A model generated the notes under the pieces. That model ran no database searches. It was given only the letters and a program-made list of their open reading frames with translations, and was not told the origin of the DNA. Shown in pieces: positions 11,901-22,756 of a stretch of 34,589 nt of DNA. Source of the DNA: Hydrurus foetidus (taxonomy: Eukaryota). Both the position numbers and the translations under genes were made by a program. The DNA lies in assembly GCA_900617105.1 (NCBI GenBank), contig UYFQ01000416.1, positions 62,001 to 96,589 on the forward strand. The letters are read 5' to 3'. The stretch's first letter is position 1. Each line of letters starts with the position of its first letter.

Positions 11901-14900
11901 CTCCGTAATTTACTGCATAATCCGGCTAAATTTAATGGATCCCTATGTTCCGATATAATCATGCAGTGAGTCATTGGCTTGGCAACACAGTCTTTAGGTT
12001 TCACCTGGCTCGCTGTTGTGTTGTTTCTGCCTTTGTTCAGCCGCTATGCTCATCATGAGTCCTTCACAGAGATCCAACTGGTGCATGCGTTTTACGACCT
12101 GAAAGATAATCATCAGCATCATCCCTTGTAAGTTTGGAGGTAAATAGCCGTCTCCATTATTGAGATATGTTACAGTCGTTATCTTGGTGGACCAGTACTG
12201 ACTAGCACAGTGTGGTGTGAAGAGATCAATTACCAGTTACCGTAGGTTCAACCAGTCATTGGCAGAGACAGTGCTGCAACCAGCATTTGAAAATGAATCC
12301 ACTGTGATTCAATATCTCGCCGTTCAGAGCAAGTGATCCTTAGCCCAACACACAATACAAAGCAAAACAATGCGAGATGACGGTGGACCGGACACTGACA
12401 GGGGCAGTACTTACAGGCACGATTTCAATGATGTCCGCCATGACAAACTCGTAACAAGGCCTCCTCTGCCTTGCATGTGTGTGTCTGGAGGGAAGCAATG
12501 CGTTCAAGTATCTACAGCTAGACGTATGAAAGCGATGGCTGTCAGCGATGTTCGTGACGTTGTATGAGTCAGAGCGGTCCTGAGAGGTGGTAGGGGTCGG
12601 AACGGTCCCTTTCACGTCCCAAGGGGTGCCATCCCGTTGATTCATGTTACCCTCTTGATCCTGAAAGTCAGTAAGCTGTCTTCGACACTCTTGGGAGAGA
12701 CGGATGCCGCTCACAGAACACAATTGAGGGAGCAGAGCGGAGAGCAGCTTTCTGTCCAACTGGCACAACTGCCACATGTCCATCTGCTGATCCCTTCCGT
12801 TTTCTCCTCCTCCTGCTTCACCGTTTCCTTCATCTCCTTTTCCCTTTTCCTTCCCTCCATCTCCTTGTCCCTGTCCTTCTTCTCCATTATCCCCTTTCCC
12901 TTGTTTCTCTCCTTCTCGCTCCTCAACTGCACCGCACCACCCCCTATTCACCCGTATAGTACCAGCAGTACCTTCCGGTAGCTCCGGTATGGCATTTAGT
13001 ACGACCCTCCCGAATCTGAGAATCATGGCGTCAGGGAGGACCTTGGACCAGAACATTCTAGAATTTACGTGCGCACCGGATACGAGGTTTAAGAATTGCA
13101 CCACCAGTAAGAGCACCCCTTGCTCTGAGTATAGTATGTGAGATAGTGTGAGGATGAGTGTTGTATTTGTTGAGTGTTGTATTTGTGACTGTGCAGCAGT
13201 ATCGATGGATAATGGATGGATGGGATGGTCCGTAAGAGAGAGAGAGACTCGAGTCACAGGTAGCATCAATAAGGCAGAGTAAGACAGTAACTTCGTGCAC
13301 AGCATGAACATCAACTAGATGTAGACACAAGTCGATGTGGACACTCATAAAAAAGAAAAGAAAAGAGACGCACGGAACATTGCAGGATGACTGCAGTGTA
13401 ACAAGTTGTAAAACAGGATCAATTTTAGATGGTGCAGAGCCAGCTGAAGGAGAACTGATGATATAATGAATACAAGGTATTGTCGAAGTCAAAACAAAAC
13501 AGCACTTTTCAGGACATCCTTGAGGCATATTTAACGAATACAGAGTGGAAATCGTTGTTCTCAGAGGTCATTTTTGTGGACAAAAAATGGTACTTCTGCT
13601 TAGTTGTGACTTCGACAATAGAAGAGAGGATGCTATAATGAAGGCAAGGTGGCAGAAAGGATGACGTGTTGTACGGGATTTACCGGAATACATTCTCTGC
13701 GACTTCATCCAAGACCGCTGCATGTCTCTCAGAACGTTCTGAAGGGCGATATGAAGAGAGAAGGAACGATGTAAGAGGCATAGTTAAATTAGAATTCCGT
13801 TCAATGAAACAGAGGAATCAAGCACTTGACAAATTTTACTAAAAAACGGCTCACTGGGCGGTATATGTGTGAGAGATTTAATGGGTCTTTACGCCTTCAT
13901 GTGCACGAAAGGGTCATAGAACAGAACACCCTCATTAGATCATACAGTATGAGTGAGAAAGAGTAAAGTCGAGTACGCAGCATAGAATAGGTGCACCTTC
14001 AAAGTCCGACACAGAGCCTCTAAGAACAATTCAGATTGCAATGATAACAATGCACTGGTATATCCCTCGAAACCGACAGCGCCACCCACCACTGACGTGG
14101 CCTCTACATTGGGGGGACTGGAGTCTTCAACTTCAGTGGCGCCACTAGTGGGTGTTGACGGACAGGGCTGAAGGGGACTCAGAGTGGGATCGATGAATGC
14201 AGCTTGAGACTGATCGGATGGCTCAGCAGTAGGCACATTAATGTCCACAGCTGAGCCATCCGATCTCACCCCCTGCCGTGACAATGCATCACTCCTCACT
14301 ATTGCTACTGTTGTTGTTGCTGTTGTTCTTGTTGTTGTTGCTGCTACTGCTGCTTTTGACATTTCTTTGAGCAGCAGACTTCTTAAGAGTCCCACATGCC
14401 TCATGTTCACTCCGTGTCCGTGCATGTATTCAGAGAGAGACAAACCCTCCCGGTCTCTTGGATGTCCGTTGAGATGCAAATCCTTTGCCTGTATAGTATG
14501 CAGGAGTACAAGAGGTGCAAGGAAGGCTTGTGATGTTTCATTGCATACCCGTTGTCGGCGGTGCGTATATGGCTTACTCTACCGATGAGTAGTAAGTGAT
14601 GCACTAACGTGTTTGGGAGAAGGGAAGGGATTGAAAACTGTCACAGCGATTCTAGACACATGCGGGACAGTACGGACAAAAAGAACGGAAAGAGTGACGT
14701 ACCATGGCGGGTATGAGTCGCATCACGAGGACGTCCGTGGCGTCATGCACCTCCTTGTTCCTCAGCGATGCAGAGGGGTCGCCAGCTGGCCATCGTTAGG
14801 AGATGTACGATTAGGCAGATTAGGAGATTGAGACGGGGAAAGAAAATGTAGAGTAAGAAGCAGTAAAATAATACTGGGAAAATTTGACTGATCTTAAGTA

Positions 14901-17900
14901 GGATGCAGTGCAGTGCAGTGCACAACAGAGCCTCATAGGACACGCGGATACGCAGAATCTATCCGGTCTACGATATCGCAGGATGAGGACTACGCGACAA
15001 CATAAATAATACAGAATCAATCGAAAAAGCTCATGGCTCCTCGTCTATTGCTAATTCACGTTTAATCTCGACCCACCGCTATAAACGACAGTCCACACAC
15101 ACTATCTGTACCTTACACTTAGTGTGTGTGGATTGTCGTTTACAGGGGTGGGTCCAGATTACACGTGGATCAGCAATCAACCAAGAGCCTCGAGCTCTCA
15201 ATAAGAGAAAGGAAAGGATACAATGATTTCTAACTCTGACTGTGACGTACCTGAGAAGGCAGAGAGGGCATCTGCAGAAAGGGGGGGAGGGTTTTTAGGA
15301 ACCCTTGGGGTAATTTCAACAACACCTTCGTCCTGTGAAGAAACAGCTTTCGGTTCATCGGGTTGATCTGTTCTCAGCGGAGTTTTAACACCACTTTTGG
15401 AATATGAGTGGGTCCATGGTACAGGTTCATTTTCTCTCAATCCAACCCCCTTATAGAGGTGTGTTGCAGTCTTGGAGGAGGTGTCTAATGAACCGCTCCT
15501 CCTTCTTCTCCTCCGTACAGTACCAGACACAGTACCAGACCCTAAAGCAGTCCCAGTACTAAAAGAATTAATAGCTGCGGGTGATGTAGTGAAGATAGGT
15601 CTACTGCCAATAGTACCCCCCAAACACCCAGACCCTGGACCCATTCCAGAACTAGAACCAATTCCAGACCCTATTCCATTTCTCTTTTCAATAAGACCTA
15701 CATCCTTTCCTCCCCAAACAGAATTCACTGATGGCTTTAAAAACCCATCACTACCGCACCGCAGTCCATCCTTAAAAGAGCTGGTGGCAACATTTTGGTG
15801 GTCTAATGGTGTAGTGACGCACGTGAGTAGGAACTGTTCTGACAGACTTCTTTTCCTGTTCCTCCGTGCACCTTTTCTGCTCTGTGTTGAGGGGGAGAAG
15901 GAAGTGGGGTCTTTTTCACTATCAATTCGTGCAGTGCTACGTGGAGGATCGGTAGACTGATAGTCGAATAATTGATCAGCGGTAGAGTAGGACGATATGT
16001 AATCCGATATCTCTCCCCCTTCAACGCCTCCTTTCTTTCTTCCGCGTAATGTGTCATTTGGACTACTAGGAGAGCAGGAGTGCTTAGGAGCAGCTGAAGA
16101 AGAGGAGGAGGGAGAGGAGGAGAGAGGGTTTTCTTTTGGGCAGTACGTATTGTCTGCTTGATACGCCATCAGACCGTCTGCATGGCCATATCCAGAGTAG
16201 TCCCCACACAACGTACTGTACCGCGCATCCACACCGCTGTTGACATCTTGGCGGTACTCCACGCGAGAGGATGGGTCTTCTCTGCAGATGCTGTCATTCA
16301 GGCACTGGATGTAGTTATCGTGATTGAAGTAGTTCTGACTGTGTACGTTCTTGTAGTTCATGTCGTGCGCATCATTACCAGGGACCACATCCACCCTGAC
16401 ACCTGCTGCATGCCCCTTCCGCTGACCCTCTCTAAAGACGCCATCCATCCCATCCCCTGCATTATCATCCAAGCTATCGCAGTTGATAGGACCACGTTGG
16501 AGAGGGTTACGACTCGCACCATCAAGAGGCGTCCTCGCAGACGAGACAGACGTCGCCTGATACTCAAAGAGATTATCAGCACCGGAATAAGCAGACAAAT
16601 AATCTGTCCCGCCTTCCTTACCAACAGACTGCAATAGGTGTGGATGTAGGTAGTTCTCATACATTAGGTTAATGTAGGTAAGTAGGTATGTACGTATCAA
16701 ATATGCAGATATCTGAACTTCAAGTCACCTCATATGATACCCTCCGCAGCAAAGTGTGAGATACGTCAGCCCTTCTGCTGACATCATCACTGCCGCACTC
16801 ATTCTCATACCCACTATTCTCACCCACATCCCCTTGAGGCAAGTGGGAGGGATCTGGAATCTCCGACCCAGGGTCCACTGACAGAGGGTAGTACTTCTCG
16901 ACCAGCGCTCTGCCTCTGTGTTTTACGAATTCAGGGCGAAGGAGTCTCCAGAATATGCACTGTAGACCGTCCCTGATAGAACTCTGAGGCACTGACGTCA
17001 CCACTAAATTGTCTGCTTGAAATATTGCATCGTACGAACGACAACTCGTTTCATCATGTACGTGGATTAGAGTTGCTAGTCGGAATGTTTTTCTCCCTTG
17101 AGGTCTCCGAGGATGTAAGACAAACACCTTCTGGCCTACTGTATAGCTACGAGTGGAGAGAGAAGGGACCCGGCTAGGGGACTCAGGTGGAAAAGCTCTA
17201 GCCAAGTCAACGATGTAGTGCCTCCCATCCAGACCTAAAGAGAGACGAAGAGAAACAGAGCAGTGCAATGCATCGATAGTGTAATGAGGGAGGATACAGG
17301 GTGTGACTCTTCTGATGAGTTTTGCTATGGTGCGGTGTGGTTGTGTCTGACTCAGAAGTGTCAGTGCGAGAGCGACGCACTTGGAAGATGAAGGTGGGTT
17401 GAAGAGTACGATATGATCAATCATGAACCCCATTGTATCCTATTGAATGCACGAACACGCTCATACCTCCTCTACTAGTCGACCTTTTCCACTGTCAACA
17501 TATCACTCCACTATCTCATAGCTATTCACTGTGACATCACGCACGTACGCACCTCTATGCCCTTCCACATCACAGGCTGAGTAGAGTACCGTACGGTTGA
17601 CAAGGTGTTCTCTGAGGTTCAGTTCTTGTGCAGCAAACTTCAACTTGGCTTGCAGTAGGTCGTCACTGAAATGGTGGTAGTATGTACGTACGTTAGTGAC
17701 GCAGAGATAGTTTGAAAAAGCCGCATTCAGGGGAACAACACTTGCAACTGGACAACATATCGAATATTGGGGATTGACAATATATCAAATATCAAATATC
17801 AAAAGTCGAGGAAGTCGTGCTGTGTCTGAAGAGGTTGAAAGGCACTGATGAATAAAGGTGTCTATGTGATGTACCTGCAGTGCATGCTCCTTGCAGCATC

Positions 17901-19358
17901 AGCTGTGCCCACGACCAGAGTGCTTAGGTTTATCGGCAGCTGTGCTTGTGCGTGCATTCGGAACCCTGCAATTAGTATGCGATTCATGCTGTTTACATCT
18001 TTCTAATGGGAACAACGTTGTACAGTGCACCTACATCACTGCGATGCGCTGTCAAGGTACTCAATTTTACATAGTGCAGTACACTGCACAACAAATAGTT
18101 CTCTCCTGGGCTGTTCAACACAATGAGATACAAACCAATGCTGAGAGAATGACTGTAATCTGTCAAGAGAGATTAGGCATATGTAGCACATCACACTGAT
18201 TCTCAATCGGCAACAAGACACCATCACTAGCCTGTGTAAAAGATACAAAGAGTAATAGATGAATAAAGAAATCAAATTAGTTGTGTGACCTTTGTAATCG
18301 ATGAGAGCTTGGAGGGCTAGATGTAGTCCAGGGATCGCGCACCGGAAATAGGAATTCGCTCCACTGATTTCGTGACCCATTGCTCTCGCTGTGAGTGGGC
18401 ATGGTTCAAAAATACGTCTATCAGGAGAGTATTCAGTGAAAAGGAGGTGGTGATGATGCAACGCACGACTTGACGTCAAAATGAAAAAGCAAATAATAAA
18501 AAGAACAGTTTCTGTTCAGGCCATTTCATACACCGAGTTTAAATATGCTGTTAATGTATATCAATAAATGAAATCGTCTCCATTCTATTACCTGCAGATT
18601 CATCACTATTCTCGTACGGTCCGATACTGCCGTCAGCTAATTTAAACAGAATCCCCCTCAGCAAATACTTCACCCCCCCTGATGCGCGACATTATAAAAT
18701 GAAGAGATATACAGATAATTGTAAAGCAAAATCAGAAGTATTTAGCAGTACATAGCAAAACAATGTCTTCAATGCAAGTTAGCGTCAAACAGAACACAAA
18801 AAAAGACAGTAAATGTCTGCTGCCCTAACTAGTCATCCATCAAGCCACATGCAGTTGACCAATGAGATTAGAAGAAACAGTTCATCAAGTCGAACATCTG
18901 AGTAGAATACTCAAAACTGAATCTAATTGATCAAATAAATCCAAGTAATTGAAAGTACGTGTTGAGATAAAGTCAGGTAAAAACTGCTAGTAAACTATCA
19001 AGAGATCTCGGACAGATAATCGACCTGCTTGACCGCCGATAGCTTGAGGTCTTAAGCTCTTTTCGCTATCTGGGATAAAGTATTCTGAGATGATGGTTTT
19101 TGCGTACCCTACTGCTTCTGATATGAAGTCTCTGTTAATCTCGTTGAGGAGAGTATATTTCAACAACTTCTGCTCTAACTTTGTTTCAGGCAGCGCTAGT
19201 GCCTGCTGAAACCGTTCATTCCACGAATCACTGCGGTATCCTTCCTGATAGGATCTAAACAGGTTGCAAGTGCTGATAGAGTCTGATTTCAGTAAGTTCT
19301 CATACTGGAATGGCTTTCTGGTGGCCTTCGACCCGGAATCGCGATTAAGTGCTGCCAT
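4496..19358 (-). CDS. Large multi-exon CLU-domain (clustered mitochondria / CLUH-related) protein with long low-complexity inserts and C-terminal Q/N- and RGG-rich regions
   Basis: Spliced translation gives CLU motifs in order: WNERFQ..DFISEAVGYAKTIISE, GGQAGGVKYLLRGILFKLA, AMGHEISGANSY, LALQALIDYKGFRMHA, SACDVEGHRGLDGRHYIVDLARAFPPESP, IFWRLLRPEFVK, PLSADALSAF, LSEYMHGHGVNMRHVGLLR, LEALCRTLK and FLNLVSG..FWSKVL. Further exons continue on the same strand to the stop at 4496. The start ATG (19358) and continuity of the 3' half as one gene are less certain. Confidence 0.8.
5292..5316. repeat. (GACA)n microsatellite (intronic)
   Basis: About 6 tandem GACA units. Confidence 0.9.
8649..8935. repeat. 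(CATGT)n pentanucleotide satellite with recurring GCTGTAGTGTGT interruptions (intronic)
   Basis: Directly visible tandem array; it generates the spurious CHVMS-repeat ORF 8598..8810. Confidence 0.97.
9301..9508. repeat. Degenerate GCAGT/GCAGA/GCATT pentamer array (intronic)
   Basis: Visible run of gcagt, gcaga, gcatt and gtata units; it underlies the Cys/His-rich ORF 9120..9590. Confidence 0.85.
9954..10140. repeat. 92-bp tandem duplication (2 copies) in an intron of the CLU gene
   Basis: GACATCTGCATTG...CACGTCAGACG begins at 9954 and again at 10046; 3 substitutions between the copies. Confidence 0.95.
10969..11032. repeat. (GACAA)n microsatellite (intronic)
   Basis: 12 perfect GACAA units plus a partial unit. 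Confidence 0.97.
15028..15196. repeat. Intronic imperfect inverted repeat (77-bp arms, 15-nt loop); MITE-like or pre-miRNA-like hairpin
   Basis: 15028-15104 aligns without gaps to the reverse complement of 15120-15196 with about 13 mismatches. Confidence 0.85.
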
Positions 19359-20136
19359 AAGCAACTCCGTACTGCAGCTCAACTAGCTCCGCCCAAAAAG
19401 GGCTGCATCCGATCCTGATTAGTGCTGAATCATCGAACCAGTTGCTGAGTTGTAGGAGCCTCCAGCAGTGGAAGTTTGATGAGCACTACGCTGTGAGATA
19501 AATGCCAGTTGAGTTGCTGGTGTTGCCCCTTTAGGGCATACTGTACGTAAGTCTGCTTCCCCCTTCAACTTGGGACGCGTTGGGTATAGTTGAAGAGCTG
19601 AGCTTTGTCATACTGTAAAGTCATTGTCATTTCAAATTTCAACGGTGCTAATCAAAAAAATTTCTTGCATTGAAATTATTGGACGGTCAAATGCCCAGCA
19701 ACCGCAGATGGGAGAGAAATAACTACTTTGTATATGACGAACTATTCTCTCAATCGTACAGACAATATATATCCTCAAATTGCTTACAAGAAAGCTAGTC
19801 ACTGTGAAAGTTATCTGCTGCAAGTTTCAATATTGTTGATAGGAGCATCATGTTGCTAATTCTGGGTGCAGGCTACACTTCTTGTTACTCAGGAAGCGAC
19901 CATATTCTCAGGTGCCATTTGTCCAAAAAATGACGAGAGAATAGTGAACATGTTTTAAGGGGTGATCCTGCAGCGTGATTTATTAATGAAATGTATTCGA
20001 ACAGAAATTTCAGGTGTCGAACTTGTCGAAAAATAAGTCAGTAATCTCCAGAAAAATAACGTTTGACAGTTGCGAATGTAATGATGCCATGAATGTAATG
20101 GTGTAGTATTCAAATTTACAGGAAATGCATCGTTTA

Positions 20137-20857
20137 TTAAAAGAGGAAACCTCCAAGTCCCTTGTTGATAGTGTCTAGAATAGGTAGCTGGGATGTTATT
20201 GATGACGCTAACAAGACTGTGAGTCCCAACATTGCTAAACGGCCATTTAATATCTCAGCTTCAGGGGTGAGGCCGTGTTTGTACTTTGGGAAGAGGCCAG
20301 ATGCAGCCTCATGCTCCTCGCCTTTCTCTAAGTATAGTTTATCTTGAAATGAAAGTGGCGCCACAGCGGCACAGACAGAGAACAATAGAAGGTGTAGATG
20401 ACCTGAGGTGTTTGTTCACGAGTAAATTGTTAGTATCTTATCGGCATTCGGGCAATATTTCCATCGATTGAGGCCAATCCACCATCTTACCAACAATAAT
20501 TATAGCTCTCTCATTCGAAATTGAACCGCCATAAAGGTACGCTAGAGTGCCCCACTCCTTCAAATCCAAAGCTGCGTCGGGATTAGGGATGAGTCCATGT
20601 CCCTTGCAATATCCCGTAACAAGAAGAGCTACCCATCCGAACATGGCGTGTCTACCATTCCATCTCTCCGCTTTGGTAGTTGGACCCCATCCAACATTGT
20701 ATATTGCTGGGTATTCAGCAGCCCAGTCTTTAACAGCTTTATCAAAAACGGAAACCATCGATAATTTCGCTGAACGGGAGCGCAGGGCTCCACGAGCGGG
20801 TGCAAACGCTTGGGCACATGCCACAATGGAGCAGAGGGCAAGAAGTTTGGCGAGCAT
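20137..20857 (-). CDS. RedCAP: RedCAP (red-lineage chlorophyll a/b-binding-like protein, LHC superfamily), plastid-targeted
   Basis: Two LHC-type helix motifs, GWGPTTKAERWNGRHAMFGW and GLTPEAEILNGRLAMLGL, with middle segment LDLKEWGTLA..ISNERAIIIVG. Signal peptide MLAKLLALCSIVACAQA followed by FAP (ASAFAP-like). Exons 20857-20491 and 20402-20137 with an 88-nt GT-AG intron in phase. Confidence 0.92.
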
Positions 20858-21363
20858 TTCTTTCTATTGTGATTGCTTTCCAGTTGAAGTAAGTGCAATT
20901 GGAAGTAATATATGGAGTGAATCTGAAAATAGATCCCACCAACGTACTTGTTCCGGATCATAGCCTTCCACATCTGGCACACCTTTCTTTTGAAATTTCG
21001 GGCTTTCAGGCAAAGACACCCCTACAAGTATTTGCCTGAAAGCCCTCGGATCTTTCAAATTTTCATTCCGTATACATACCGTACCAAAAACTGGAAATAC
21101 CGTAGATAGGTATACGGTATAGTCTACTTGACTTCTTCTGATAATCTCTGTCAGGACTCTCAACTCTGGTAATACTACCACCAATTCATCAATAACAGTC
21201 GTCAAGCTGAAATAATGTTGGCACCTTGTAGCGCAGTGTGACTACATCGATTGAAGGAGGTCACTAAAGGACTCAGATTTGAAATCGAAAATTGTAGCGA
21301 CGTTTGCAATCTTTACTTCGGCAACAACGTCAGTTGTTAGAAAGTAGTTCCATAAATAATACT

Positions 21364-22200
21364 ATGGCAACACAATACGAGAGGAAGCCGCTCATAGTAT
21401 CCTTTTCTGAACTTAGTCGTAACGGTGATGATCATATGCTTGAGCGCGAATACGCCACTTCCGACGACGCATTTCTCAATCAGAATATCATAAGCTACAG
21501 TTTGGATGAAGTGCATGCAATGATGCAGATCATGTGCTGCAATATCCGATTGATCGCGACATGTTACAACCCATTATACTTGGTAATATTCGTTGCTCTC
21601 TTTATAGTCGTCCTACCTGGTGCAACTTTACACTGGGCACTTTTACGCTGCGTTTCTGTTCGAAAAAGAGAAAGTCCGGAGGAAAGGGAGCTGCGTAGCC
21701 AGGGAATATATGCAGCACTAGGCCTTGCTATTTGGAGTTTGCCTTTCGTAGCTATCGGTCTTTATCGCGGCACAGATGAAATGGTACTGGTGAACAAAGT
21801 ATCTCTTTACGTCAACAGCAGCATAATTGTGAGCTGTATTCTTGGACTGAAGGCTACTGGAGATGAACTGGTCTATTCCATTCGAATATTCGTCATTGGA
21901 TCTTGGGTGGTGGACTTCTTTTTGATCTGCCTATGCCTCGTAGATGTCTACAATTATATGACATTCTCATGGATTTCGGCAGTGATTTACGCTTTACGGA
22001 CATTCGGAATTGTGATATATACTATCGTTGCTTTACAATGTATGTCGTTATGGGACTCGTACACTTCTAGGAAGGAGTCGTATTATATGGATTTAGTCTA
22101 TGCCTCCATTTTGGGGCTGACCTATTTAGGGGTTGTCATAGGGTTTCTGATAGTTATATTCACGTCAGAAAGGAATGCCTGGAAAATTCTTTATTTCTAG
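21364..22200 (+). CDS. Hypothetical multi-pass membrane protein (~6 TM helices), apparently intronless
   Basis: Uninterrupted ORF from the ATG at 21364 to TAG at 22200 (278 aa); hydrophilic N-terminus then about six hydrophobic segments; no family motif recognised. Confidence 0.65.
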   Translation: MATQYERKPLIVSFSELSRNGDDHMLEREYATSDDAFLNQNIISYSLDEVHAMMQIMCCNIRLIATCYNPLYLVIFVALFIVVLPGATLHWALLRCVSVRKRESPEERELRSQGIYAALGLAIWSLPFVAIGLYRGTDEMVLVNKVSLYVNSSIIVSCILGLKATGDELVYSIRIFVIGSWVVDFFLICLCLVDVYNYMTFSWISAVIYALRTFGIVIYTIVALQCMSLWDSYTSRKESYYMDLVYASILGLTYLGVVIGFLIVIFTSERNAWKILYF

Positions 22201-22756
22201 CAGACTAATTCAGATCCAATTTCCGTTACATTGTATACTTCACAGTACCAAAATGTCTGTCGGCGAAATGTGCGGACACGATGATACATGTTCAATTGTT
22301 TCGTCATTTTGATATTTGAGCGAATTGCTTCTCACAATAGCACTCGATTTTTTTACATCAAATATTGTAACCAAATTCAATCAGAAATTGTTCGTAAAAA
22401 GAGATTTTATGTAAAAAATACGATTCAAAGAAGTACAATTGTTAACAGAGGAATGTAATATTGTACAAGTGATGAAATCGGTGTGTTGATGTACGTTATA
22501 AAAAAAAGATGAAGTAAAAAGTGAGAAATGCATTATACAAAAATGCATGAAAAAACTTAAAAAACTTCAGTTGATGCTAGCTATTCTGAATTGCATAGTA
22601 GCTCGTATCGGCGCGGCCTATAGCAGGAGAGCGTAAATCGTAAAGGAGTGAAATGTGTGACTCCAATTTCATGAGTATATAAAATGTAAATCGGAATAAA
22701 TAAAATATGTGGGTCCGTCATCAATGAAATAGAATTGAATAAAATGTAACAGAATC

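Noticed and set aside
1242..20857. Functional iron/photosynthesis/organelle cluster (STEAP, CLU, RedCAP)
   Set aside because: Adjacency alone is not evidence of co-function in a eukaryotic genome and no shared motifs were seen.
20864..21205. 113-aa minus-strand ORF upstream of RedCAP
   Set aside because: Non-ATG start, no motif, located in the divergent promoter/UTR region.
21364..22200. Faint heliorhodopsin-like pattern (YVNSSIIV) in the membrane protein
   Set aside because: Only ~6 helices seen, no RWxEY-type motif and no retinal-binding Lys in the last helix.
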